Source: Bacteroidia bacterium (GTDB taxonomy: Bacteria; Bacteroidota; Bacteroidia; M30B66). Taken from it: 64,000 bases of DNA. The position numbers were made by a program, and so were the translations under genes. Shown piece after piece: positions 36,847 to 46,479 of the stretch (within the stretch, counting starts at the first letter, position 1; every line of letters begins with the position of its first letter). Under the pieces are notes generated by a model. That model ran no database searches. It saw nothing but the letters and a program-made list of their open reading frames with translations, and was not told the origin of the DNA. Location of the stretch: contig OZ257142.1 in NCBI GenBank assembly GCA_965279035.1, forward strand, positions 3,136,001 through 3,200,000, in the 5' to 3' direction.

Positions 36847-38052
36847 ATGCCCAAAATATTAAGGATAATAAATCGTTTCAATCTCGGGGGACCAACATAC
36901 AATGCTGCGTATTTATCGCGGTATATGCCATCCGAATTTGAAACTTTATTGGTAGGTGGAGAGAAAGACGATTCGGAGGATAGTTCCGAATTCATTGTGA
37001 AAAATTTAGGATTAGACCCGATTATCATTCCCGAAATGAAGCGGGAGATTGACTTGAAAAACGACTTCGAGGCGTATCGCAAAATGGTCAAGTTGATTCA
37101 AGATTTCAAACCTGACATTGTTCATACACACGCATCTAAAGCAGGTACAATTGGTCGATTAGCGGCTGCGAATATGAATGTACCGGTGATTATACATACG
37201 TTTCACGGTCATGTTTTCCATTCGTATTTCGGGAAGATGAAAACGGTGATGTACAAAAACATCGAACGAAATTTGGCGCGTCGTAGTTCTACAATCATTG
37301 CTATTAGTGAAAAACAAAAGACAGAATTGTGTTTGATTCATCGAATTTGCAAACCAGAAAAGATTCGGGTAGTTCCGCTGGGATTTGATTTATCACGTTT
37401 CACTGAGAATATGGAGGAGAAACGCAAGTCATTTCGCCAACGGTATCATTTAGCAGATGATGAAATAGCGGTTGGAATTATTGGACGATTAGTGCCAATT
37501 AAAAACCATAAACTGTTTGTAGATGCTTGCAAAATTGTGCTTGAGCAAACAAAAAATAAGGTTCGTTTTTTCATAATTGGTGATGGGGAAGATCGATTAA
37601 ACATTGAGGCAATGGCACGAGGAGCTGGAATTCCATTTGTGGATGCTATGCTTAGTAATGATAAAGCACCACTTACTTTCACTTCGTGGATAAAAGACAT
37701 TGATGTAGCTTGTGCTGGATTGGATATTATCGCTCTAACTTCTTTAAATGAAGGAACTCCAGTAAGTTTGATTGAAGCTCAAGCAGCAAATAAACCGATA
37801 GTTACTACCAATGTAGGTGGAATCGAAAATGTGGTTATCGAAGGGATTACAGCATTGTTATCACATTCGAAAACCGACCCAAAACAGTTTGCAGAACTCC
37901 TATTGCGTTTAACTGAAAATGCAGAATTACGTTTGGAAATGTCGCGTGTTGGTTGGGAACATGTGAAAAATAAATTCCATTATACACGATTGGTAAGAGA
38001 CATGACAGAGCTCTATTATGAATTACTGGAAACTGCGTCAGCAAAGGAATAA
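36847..38052 (+). CDS. GT4 glycosyltransferase
   Basis: HTHASKAG, HTFHGH, EGTPVSLIEA (EX7E). Confidence 0.93.
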   Translation: MPKILRIINRFNLGGPTYNAAYLSRYMPSEFETLLVGGEKDDSEDSSEFIVKNLGLDPIIIPEMKREIDLKNDFEAYRKMVKLIQDFKPDIVHTHASKAGTIGRLAAANMNVPVIIHTFHGHVFHSYFGKMKTVMYKNIERNLARRSSTIIAISEKQKTELCLIHRICKPEKIRVVPLGFDLSRFTENMEEKRKSFRQRYHLADDEIAVGIIGRLVPIKNHKLFVDACKIVLEQTKNKVRFFIIGDGEDRLNIEAMARGAGIPFVDAMLSNDKAPLTFTSWIKDIDVACAGLDIIALTSLNEGTPVSLIEAQAANKPIVTTNVGGIENVVIEGITALLSHSKTDPKQFAELLLRLTENAELRLEMSRVGWEHVKNKFHYTRLVRDMTELYYELLETASAKE

Positions 38053-38093
38053 CCGAATAGTATTCTAGGATTTTTTTAGTAGCTTTGTAGTCG

Positions 38094-38837
38094 ATGAGAC
38101 CCATTCTAAGCCCTTATTCAGCTTTCCTTTTCTCTCTTATTTCTTTGATTCTGTTATCTTCATGCAATAACAGATCAATCATGTTTAAGACAAAAAGAAA
38201 TTATAAGTACGATGATCTGGCGAGTATTCCTGATAACAGAGAATATAAAATCATGAAGAATGATGAAGTAGCAATTCAATTGTCACCCAATAAAGGGGCA
38301 GTTGAAATTGGTTCTACGAGTTCTACAACAATCATGATTAAAGCTGCCGTTGAATTTGACGGAACAATTAAAATTCCTATTCTGGGAAGATTATCGATAA
38401 TAAATCTTTCAGTACGTGAAGCTGAGTTGATGTTGGAAGAACGTTTCAAAGAATTTTATATCGATCCCTTTGTTAAGCTTAGTGTATCTAACAAAAGAGT
38501 CATTCTTTTCCCTGGAAGTAGCGGTGCTGCTAGGGTTGTAACACTTCAAAATCAAAATACAACCTTAACAGAAGTCATTGCGCTTAGTGGAGGTATTACT
38601 GGAAATGCGAAAGCACATCGAGTTAAATTAATTCGAGGAGAACCCTCAAACCCTCAAATTTATTTGATCGATTTATCAACTATTGAGGGAATGAAAGCGG
38701 GGAATATTGTGTTGCAAGGAAATGATATTGTTTATATAGAACCTGTGAATGATTACATAGTGAATTTCACCAGTAGAATTTCGGTGTATTTTACTACATT
38801 GAATTTGTTTGTAATCTTATACAGCATATTAAAATAA
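38094..38837 (+). CDS. wza: Polysaccharide export outer-membrane lipoprotein (Wza-like)
   Basis: Lipobox LSSC; DGTIKIPILG; SLBB-like region; GNDIVYIEP. Confidence 0.88.
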   Translation: MRPILSPYSAFLFSLISLILLSSCNNRSIMFKTKRNYKYDDLASIPDNREYKIMKNDEVAIQLSPNKGAVEIGSTSSTTIMIKAAVEFDGTIKIPILGRLSIINLSVREAELMLEERFKEFYIDPFVKLSVSNKRVILFPGSSGAARVVTLQNQNTTLTEVIALSGGITGNAKAHRVKLIRGEPSNPQIYLIDLSTIEGMKAGNIVLQGNDIVYIEPVNDYIVNFTSRISVYFTTLNLFVILYSILK

Positions 38838-38840
38838 CAA

Positions 38841-41258
38841 ATGGTCGAACGCAAAGTATCGAACATAAACGATGAATTCGACTTAAAATTATTTTTTAAG
38901 GTCGCTCGTAAAAACGCAGCTTGGATTGTGCTGTTTTTTATTATTTCTTTTTTGATGGCCTTTTTGTATTTACGATATACCTATCCTATTTATGAAGCCA
39001 AAACTATTATTCAAATCGGATTATCGAATTCAAATTCGAGAATGTTGCCTCAAGGTGAATTCACTGTAAAGAGTGATTTACCTAGTAAAGTTGAATTACT
39101 AAAATCGCCCACCTTTTTAAATCGAGTGTTTAATAAATTACCACTCGACATCATGTATTATCAAACGGGAAGCGTGTTAAATTATGAGATGTATAGAACA
39201 TCTCCATTTAATATCGAATACAAAAACCCAATAAACGAACTCTATAATTTACCTGTCTTTTTATCTTTCACCGACGAAAATAACATCTCTCTTTCGGTCA
39301 ATATCAACAATAAAGAAAATGTTTACCGAGTAAAATCCAACACCTGGGTTCGAATTCCAATTCTTGATTCAATGCGTGTTACAATCAGGAATTATGAGAA
39401 GATTCGTTCTGATATGAAGGGATTGAATGAACGACCTTATTATTTCGTTTTAGCTAAACGCGAAAATCTTGTACGAACATATTCAGCAAACTTAAACGTA
39501 ACAACCGAAAACGAACAAGCAGGAACAATTAAGCTAGTTTTTCACGAGCGTAATCCATCAAAAGCTGCTGATATATGTAATACAATTGCTGAAGAATTTA
39601 AAGCGTACGATATTGAAAAACAATCCGAAAGCTCTTTAAATACTATTAAGTTCGTTGATGAACAATTAAAATTAATCTATGATAAACTTTATGATAGTGA
39701 AGTTGATTTACAAGATTTTAAGACGAGAAATAAATTAAATGACGAAACTCCACTTCCCGATTTTAATTCTAGAATTAATGATTTAGAAACAAAACTGAAT
39801 AATCTTGAAATTGAGGAATCTGGATTAGAAACAATTCATCAAGCAGTTTCTGACAACCGAGATATTGACATATACAAATTAGTTTCCTTGCTCGCTGGAA
39901 CAAGTAATGTCACAAATATTTCGGGCATGTTGAACGAACTTCGGAATTTATTGTCCAAACAGGAGAATTTAAAATATTCCTACACTTCGAATTCATCTGC
40001 ATTTTCTCAATTGGAATATCAAATTCAAATTCAACGAAAACTGATTATTGAAACGATAATTGCCTATCAAAAAAATATTAACGATCAAAAACAAGAAATT
40101 AAAAATCGAGTTGAAAAATATGAGGATGAGGTTAGAAATAGCACTTTAAACTTTGATCGTATTGAATTTGTTCGACTTCAAAAATTGAATCAGATAAGTG
40201 AAAAGTACTATAACCGACTCGTTGAAATAAAATCTGAATTAACGATTTCGAATGCGGGATTGACTTCCGAAAATACAGTACTCGAAACTTCTTCTACACC
40301 AGCCTCTCCCTATTTTCCAAGTAGGAGAATTGTTGCTTTGAGTGCCTTTATTGGTTGGATTTTAGTGAGTTTAGGATTAGTCATTATTCGTTATTTATTT
40401 CATAACGAAATAACCTCACTCAACGAGATTATGAAGTATTTGGAAATCCCGATGTTGGGTATTGTTCCAAACTACAAAGATGTCATTCCAATTTCTCAAT
40501 TATTGGTTGATAAAAAACCGAAGTCTATTATTGCAGAATCATTGAGGTCGATTCGATCCAATTTGGAGTTTCTTTCTCATTCCGATGGTCCAAAAGTTCT
40601 AGCAATTACATCAACTATTTCGGGTGAAGGAAAAACGTTTGTAGCCTTAAATCTTGCCGGAATTATTGCCTTTTCTGAGAAAAAAGTAATCATTCTCGAT
40701 TTGGATATGCGCAAGCCAAAAATCCACGTTGGCTTTGGTGTACCTAACGATAAAGGAATGAGTACGATTCTCATCAACAGAAATTCAATTGATGAATGTA
40801 TTTTTAAATCCAGCTTAAATAACCTTGATTTTATTACAGCTGGCCCAGTTCCTCCAAATCCATCAGAACTAATTATTAGTTCTAAAATGCTCGATGTTAT
40901 TCAGGAATTGAAAACGAAATACGATGTAATAGTAATTGATAATCCGCCTGTTGGACTCGTAACGGACGGTATACGAATTATTAAATTGGCCGATTATCCA
41001 ATTTATGTTTTCCGTGAAAATTTCTCCAAAAGAAACTTCGTTCAAAATGTCAAAAAACTAATCCGTGATAATAATATTAAAAACATGTCTGTCATCTTAA
41101 ATTCAGTCGATATTAAACGATCTGGCTATGGATACAGTGGTGTTTATGATTATGACTACGGATACGGTTACGGTTATGGTTTTGGGTATTATGATGAGGA
41201 TATTCGCCGTGAGAAATTTAGTATCAAAGAATTCTTCCGAAAAATGATCAGCAAATAA
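38841..41258 (+). CDS. wzc: Polysaccharide co-polymerase / BY-kinase (Wzc-like)
   Basis: Two TMs, coiled coil, Walker A STISGEGKT, DLDMRKP, DNPP, C-terminal Tyr cluster YDYDYGYGYGYGFGYY. Confidence 0.93.
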   Translation: MVERKVSNINDEFDLKLFFKVARKNAAWIVLFFIISFLMAFLYLRYTYPIYEAKTIIQIGLSNSNSRMLPQGEFTVKSDLPSKVELLKSPTFLNRVFNKLPLDIMYYQTGSVLNYEMYRTSPFNIEYKNPINELYNLPVFLSFTDENNISLSVNINNKENVYRVKSNTWVRIPILDSMRVTIRNYEKIRSDMKGLNERPYYFVLAKRENLVRTYSANLNVTTENEQAGTIKLVFHERNPSKAADICNTIAEEFKAYDIEKQSESSLNTIKFVDEQLKLIYDKLYDSEVDLQDFKTRNKLNDETPLPDFNSRINDLETKLNNLEIEESGLETIHQAVSDNRDIDIYKLVSLLAGTSNVTNISGMLNELRNLLSKQENLKYSYTSNSSAFSQLEYQIQIQRKLIIETIIAYQKNINDQKQEIKNRVEKYEDEVRNSTLNFDRIEFVRLQKLNQISEKYYNRLVEIKSELTISNAGLTSENTVLETSSTPASPYFPSRRIVALSAFIGWILVSLGLVIIRYLFHNEITSLNEIMKYLEIPMLGIVPNYKDVIPISQLLVDKKPKSIIAESLRSIRSNLEFLSHSDGPKVLAITSTISGEGKTFVALNLAGIIAFSEKKVIILDLDMRKPKIHVGFGVPNDKGMSTILINRNSIDECIFKSSLNNLDFITAGPVPPNPSELIISSKMLDVIQELKTKYDVIVIDNPPVGLVTDGIRIIKLADYPIYVFRENFSKRNFVQNVKKLIRDNNIKNMSVILNSVDIKRSGYGYSGVYDYDYGYGYGYGFGYYDEDIRREKFSIKEFFRKMISK

Positions 41259-41260
41259 GT

Positions 41261-41812
41261 ATGAAACTCGACGAAGTAAAAATTCCTGGTTTAAAAGTTA
41301 TTTCTCCAAATGTTTTCGAAGATCCACGTGGATATTTCTTCGAATCATACAGTAAAAAATCATTTGAAGAAGCTGGTATTGCTGAAGAATTCGTTCAATC
41401 CAATCAAAGCCTTTCTCAAAAAGGGGTTTTAAGAGGTTTGCATTTCCAACATCCACCTCATGCGCAATCTAAATTAGTTCGAGTAATTAAAGGTTCTGTT
41501 TTAGATGTTGTAGTTGATATTCGTAAAGGATCGCCTTGTTATGGTCAACATTTTACCATTGTATTGAGTGAACAAAACAAACTCATGTTTTACATCCCAA
41601 CAGGTTTTGCTCATGGCTTTCTTACATTAGAAGATAATACCATTTTCTCCTATAAATGCGGAAACTATTATCATAAAGCCGCTGAAGATGGAATTCTTTG
41701 GAACGACAAAACACTCAATATTGATTGGAATATTCAAGATCCAATTCTTTCAGAAAAAGATAAACTCAACACCCTTTTTTCTGATTTTCAATCTCCATTT
41801 ACCTTCTCATAA
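41261..41812 (+). CDS. rfbC: dTDP-4-dehydrorhamnose 3,5-epimerase
   Basis: DPRGYFFESY, LRGLHFQ, DVVVDIRKGSP, GFAHGF. Confidence 0.97.
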   Translation: MKLDEVKIPGLKVISPNVFEDPRGYFFESYSKKSFEEAGIAEEFVQSNQSLSQKGVLRGLHFQHPPHAQSKLVRVIKGSVLDVVVDIRKGSPCYGQHFTIVLSEQNKLMFYIPTGFAHGFLTLEDNTIFSYKCGNYYHKAAEDGILWNDKTLNIDWNIQDPILSEKDKLNTLFSDFQSPFTFS

Positions 41813-41826
41813 ACATTAGAATACCA

Positions 41827-42909
41827 ATGAATCTGGGAAACTTCTCTTTACCTGTTATCTACCTGATTTATATTTTCGGGATGTTTCTCCTTTCGCTGGT
41901 GATTAATGGGATTCTTATTAAATTTTCTCTGAATCTTGGTGCCAAAAACGAAGTAAATCAAGTACGTTGGGCATCTACAACTAAACCAGCTTTTGGTGGC
42001 GTTTCCTTTTTCATTCTATTTCTTGTTTCCATTGTTTTCTTCGCTATATTTTTTGGAAATGGTCAAATTTTGCTCAATGCCAAATTCTTAGGTATTCTCA
42101 TTGCCAGTTCAATGGGTTTCATGATGGGACTTGCCGACGATGCCTACAATACAAAGCCTTTCCTAAAATTCGCGGTTCAGTTTCTTTGCGCTATTCTCTT
42201 TATTGTTACTGATAATTGCATTCAAACCTTTCCCTGGGAATGGCTCAATATCGTACTCACTTTTATTTGGGTAGTTGGTATGATGAATTCAATTAATATG
42301 CTCGATAATATGGATGCTATAACGGCTAGCGTTTCGACCGTTATTTGCTTTGGTATGGCGATGATTCTCGTTTTCAAAGGCGATTTTCTGAATCTCGATC
42401 TTGTGTTATTATTAGGTGTAATTGCTGGGATTGGTGGTTTTCTTTATTATAACTGGAATCCATCACGCATGTACATGGGCGATAGTGGTTCTCAGTTCTT
42501 AGGAGCTTTCCTAGCCGGAATGGCTATTCACTACCTTTGGAATGCACCCGATTATTATGGTCAATATATTCCCGAAAAACAACTCCTTCTCGTTGCCCTT
42601 TTATTTATTGTTCCCATCAGTGACACAACAACAGTCTCAATCAATCGTTTGATGAGAGGCCAAAGTCCATTTGTTGGAGGAAGAGATCATACTACACATC
42701 ATCTTTCTTATATGGGCTTAAGCGATCGACATATTGCCATGCTCATGATCGCTATCTCATTAGGAACTGTTGTATGTGGCGTGTTTATTATCAACAACAT
42801 TGAAACCTGGAGATGGTTTCATTCGTTATTATTTGCATCACTTTTTCTAGTCATTGGCATTGCGCTTTATTCAACAACTAAGTTGAGTAAACCCAAAAGC
42901 AAAACGTGA
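41827..42909 (+). CDS. MraY/WecA-family undecaprenyl-phosphate sugar-1-phosphate transferase
   Basis: GLADD, NSINMLDNMDA, MYMGDSGS, DHTTHHL; multiple TMs. Confidence 0.92.
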   Translation: MNLGNFSLPVIYLIYIFGMFLLSLVINGILIKFSLNLGAKNEVNQVRWASTTKPAFGGVSFFILFLVSIVFFAIFFGNGQILLNAKFLGILIASSMGFMMGLADDAYNTKPFLKFAVQFLCAILFIVTDNCIQTFPWEWLNIVLTFIWVVGMMNSINMLDNMDAITASVSTVICFGMAMILVFKGDFLNLDLVLLLGVIAGIGGFLYYNWNPSRMYMGDSGSQFLGAFLAGMAIHYLWNAPDYYGQYIPEKQLLLVALLFIVPISDTTTVSINRLMRGQSPFVGGRDHTTHHLSYMGLSDRHIAMLMIAISLGTVVCGVFIINNIETWRWFHSLLFASLFLVIGIALYSTTKLSKPKSKT

Positions 42910-43943
42910 AATTCAAAACAATCATTAATCGCATTCCCGGAACTTGGTGGAAAATCATGATATCCATGACCTTTCTCCTTGGAACTCTCGGTTTTGTGAG
43001 GTTGTTTAACTTTTCGACGCGGTTTCAAAGTAACGACGATCTCTACCAAAAATATTTCACCGATAGCTACAAAGTTTTTGCTGTCAATATTCCCAACGAC
43101 CTCAATTTTGCAGGAGAACCTGTTCCACTTCAGGATTTCGAAGTGCGCGAACGGGTTGATCGAGAATTCCTTGTAAACACCTATTGGCAATCACAAACGC
43201 TACTTTTAGCAAAACGTTCCAATCGCTGGTTTCCTATTATAACCCCAATTCTCAAACGAAATGGAATTCCTGAGGATTTTAAATACCTCGCCGTTGTTGA
43301 AAGTGGCTTCATGCATGGTGTTTCGAGCAAAGGAGCAGCAGGCTACTGGCAATTTATTCCGAGCACTGCCGAAGCGTATGGCTTAACCGTAAACGAAGAG
43401 ATCGACGAACGCTATCACGTTGAAAAATCGACTGAAGCAGCATGTAGATTATTCAAGGAAGCCTACAAAGAATTAGGAAATTGGACACTCGTAGCAGCTT
43501 CGTTCAATATTGGACTCAATGGCTTACAGCGACAAATGATTCGTCAAAAAGTAACGAATTATTATGATTTACTGTTGAATGAGGAAACTGCACGGTATGT
43601 ATTTCGTGTTTTAGCAATGAAAGAAATACTGAGCAATCCTCGTCGCTATGGATTTATCTACCGTAAAAAAGACCTATATCCACCTTTACCTAGCAAGACA
43701 ATTAACGTGGATACCAGTATTACCGATTTGGCATCTTTCGCCGAAAATTTAGGCTTGAATTACAAACTCCTGAAATATTTTAATCCTTGGCTTAGATCAG
43801 AAACTTTGACAAATCCAGAGGGGAAAAAATTCCAACTAAAAATTCCACCTCCAAGTGTAAAAAATTACGATGCTTTAATGAGAATGGCCGATGCTGAAAT
43901 GGCTCCTGCTGCGATTCCTGTTAGCGATTCACTTGGAAATTAA
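42906..43943 (+). CDS. Lytic transglycosylase (SLT/MltD-like)
   Basis: YLAVVESG catalytic Glu, GAAGYWQF, DERYHVEKST, ETARYV; exact start uncertain. Confidence 0.92.
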   Translation: MKFKTIINRIPGTWWKIMISMTFLLGTLGFVRLFNFSTRFQSNDDLYQKYFTDSYKVFAVNIPNDLNFAGEPVPLQDFEVRERVDREFLVNTYWQSQTLLLAKRSNRWFPIITPILKRNGIPEDFKYLAVVESGFMHGVSSKGAAGYWQFIPSTAEAYGLTVNEEIDERYHVEKSTEAACRLFKEAYKELGNWTLVAASFNIGLNGLQRQMIRQKVTNYYDLLLNEETARYVFRVLAMKEILSNPRRYGFIYRKKDLYPPLPSKTINVDTSITDLASFAENLGLNYKLLKYFNPWLRSETLTNPEGKKFQLKIPPPSVKNYDALMRMADAEMAPAAIPVSDSLGN

Positions 43944-45412
43944 GGCAATTGCCAAATCACCGAATTTCCTGTTCCAACTTCATTTTCCTCCCAGATTGGA
44001 TTGCCTGGATCATTTATCCATGTGCCATCAACAATGTATTTATACAGATGCTTCCCTGGACTTAGATAGATCGAAAATGTCCATCCTTGCTCGGTCTTCT
44101 TCATCTTTAAATTACTTGTATCCCAAGAATTAAAATCGCCAGAGAGGATAACTTCCTTCGCATTCAAATAATCTTTCAAAGTAAATGTTTGATTGGCTCC
44201 AAGAATGAGGAGCGAATTCGCATTTCCAGTATTATCCTTTGAAACGAGTTCATTGTTAGGATCTAAAATCCATACATTATCGACAATAAATTTATAGGAA
44301 TAATTGCCCGCTTTTAATACATAAGGAAGCACCCAACCCGAATCGGTTTTCGATAAGGCTAATTCATCTGGATTCCAATTATTAAAATCTCCCGAGAGCA
44401 TTACTCGTTGGGCATTTGTATATCCTTTCAACCGAAATAAATAAGGAGTTCCGATAGAAATAACTGAATTAAATCCACCATTGGAATCATCTACTTTTCT
44501 TGGATTTGTAGAATCATTTATCCAATTACCATCAATTATGAATTTGTATAAATAGGTTCCATCTTCTAAATAAATGGGGAGTTCCCAGCCATCTTCTACT
44601 CTATTCATTTCGATTTCACGTTCATCCCATGAATTAAAACTACCAGCTAAAATTACTCGACGCGCTTCGGTATTTCCAGCTAGTTTGAATTTATAATTCG
44701 ATTTGTAACACACCGAATTTTTCCCATCAAATCCATCGTTTTCAGTTACTTTATTATTGGGGTCTTCCATCCAACGACCATCAACAATAAATTTATATAG
44801 GTGTTTTCCTGATTTTAATGGAATGGAAATTTGCCATCCCGAATTCGATTTACTTAGAGGGCTGCCCGATAAACTCCAATTATTAAATGAACCTGAAATG
44901 AAAACACTTGAAGCTTTTTGAAATCCTTCCAATTGAAATAAAGAGGTTCCATCGGCATTTTCTACAGGTTGAAAATCCTTCTTTTTGTAATTATTTACTC
45001 CGTACTTTTTAATCATTACTGGAATACCTGAAAACATTGAATCTTGAATAGAAGATGTCATGAGGTACTTCAACATTTCATCAAGCCCATTCATTTCTAC
45101 AATTGGCTTGAGTAATTCAATTGATTTCTTATTGATTTTATAAATCCATCCACCTTGCTCCGATTTAGACCAATTTCCTGAATGCAAACTCTCAATCAAT
45201 CCGATATCTTGTAAGTCAAAATGTCGAATTAAACTATCCACCTGAGCCGAATCATAAGGCATAGGCACTGAAATAATCATATTGCCATCTTCAATTTTAC
45301 AATTTGGTGGATTGCCTGTTTGTGCTTTGCTTGAATTTGGATAAGCAAGTAAGGTCACACCTATAAACAAGAGGTATACGAATGACTTATAAAAAGAAAA
45401 ATTCCACCTCAT
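43940..45412 (-). CDS. Exported protein with four tandem AMPK1_CBM/CBM48 glycogen-binding-like domains
   Basis: Four repeats of V.L.G.FN.W...GW....L..G...YK[FY]I[VI]D..W..D; signal peptide; start 45412 (ATGA overlap) or 45418. Confidence 0.85.
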   Translation of the reverse strand: MRWNFSFYKSFVYLLFIGVTLLAYPNSSKAQTGNPPNCKIEDGNMIISVPMPYDSAQVDSLIRHFDLQDIGLIESLHSGNWSKSEQGGWIYKINKKSIELLKPIVEMNGLDEMLKYLMTSSIQDSMFSGIPVMIKKYGVNNYKKKDFQPVENADGTSLFQLEGFQKASSVFISGSFNNWSLSGSPLSKSNSGWQISIPLKSGKHLYKFIVDGRWMEDPNNKVTENDGFDGKNSVCYKSNYKFKLAGNTEARRVILAGSFNSWDEREIEMNRVEDGWELPIYLEDGTYLYKFIIDGNWINDSTNPRKVDDSNGGFNSVISIGTPYLFRLKGYTNAQRVMLSGDFNNWNPDELALSKTDSGWVLPYVLKAGNYSYKFIVDNVWILDPNNELVSKDNTGNANSLLILGANQTFTLKDYLNAKEVILSGDFNSWDTSNLKMKKTEQGWTFSIYLSPGKHLYKYIVDGTWINDPGNPIWEENEVGTGNSVIWQLP

Positions 45413-46392
45413 TCCCATATATACATTTCTCCTTTCATGAAATTGATTCCCATATCACGACGAGCAATAAAGCCATAACCTAACATGCCATCGATACTTG
45501 TTTCATAAGCTGATCTCATCGCATTGAGATTCGTTATTATGACATCTAGTTTACTAAACAAAATTCCATCGACTAATAATTCTGAAATTTCCCCACTCAA
45601 AATATCAACTTTATTATTTCCAGCTCCATTGAGTGTATTCCGCTTAGTTAAAGTAACCAATTCAAATACTTTTTTCGAAGCACCCGAATGCAACACATTG
45701 GTTTCGGCTCCTGTATCAAAGTAAAATCGAAGTTTCCTTTCATTAATCGTAACATTAATCAATATGAGTCCATTCTCTTGAGAAATTTGAATGGGTTTAT
45801 TGGGGTATTTCAGAGTTGAATCTTCAGCCAATCGTACTCCTTTTTTTGAAAGACGATAGAGTACAATTTCACTTTCTCCAATATGAAAATGGATTTCTAG
45901 GCGCTTAAGTAGATTTAATCCAAACAATCCCAATATTTTAACGCCTTTATTCGACTCCAAATGCCCAAGAGGAATCACATCGGCATCGACTTTTGTAAAA
46001 AATAATCCAGGAGAAATTTCGAGATGTTTCACTAAGGTTTGATTTCCTTCGCCAGCACCACCCGTAATTCCCGCAGCCATCACTGAACCATAACGTGGAT
46101 AATCACGGAAATAGGTTTTGTTCAATACTAAATGTGGCGCACCTGTATCTAAAATTAAATTCCCAACAAGCGAGTCAATCCGAACCTCCAATAACAACAG
46201 ATTCCCAGAACGTTTAATGGGAATTCGAACTTTCAATGCATCACCTTGTGGAATAGGATCAGGAAATTCTGAATAACGACCTCTCTTTTTAATTTGGGGA
46301 AATGAGGATGCATGCGTGTCAATTCCTAACCATAAACTGGAAACGATAAAACAGAGAAATCCAAAAAATAGGTAGCTGTTTCTAGGATGCAT
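45409..46392 (-). CDS. Two-domain retropepsin-like aspartyl protease
   Basis: ILDTGA and YFDTGA motifs, GLFG/GMLG closing motifs; N-terminal hydrophobic segment; start ATG 46392 behind TACATTTG. Confidence 0.88.
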   Translation of the reverse strand: MHPRNSYLFFGFLCFIVSSLWLGIDTHASSFPQIKKRGRYSEFPDPIPQGDALKVRIPIKRSGNLLLLEVRIDSLVGNLILDTGAPHLVLNKTYFRDYPRYGSVMAAGITGGAGEGNQTLVKHLEISPGLFFTKVDADVIPLGHLESNKGVKILGLFGLNLLKRLEIHFHIGESEIVLYRLSKKGVRLAEDSTLKYPNKPIQISQENGLILINVTINERKLRFYFDTGAETNVLHSGASKKVFELVTLTKRNTLNGAGNNKVDILSGEISELLVDGILFSKLDVIITNLNAMRSAYETSIDGMLGYGFIARRDMGINFMKGEMYIWE

Positions 46393-46479
46393 TCGAAAAC
46401 AAATGTACGAAAGGAGGAAAGAGCACAAGCAATAGCTAAATCGGCAAACAAAATGACTAATTTCGCGGTTTGTTTTTCC

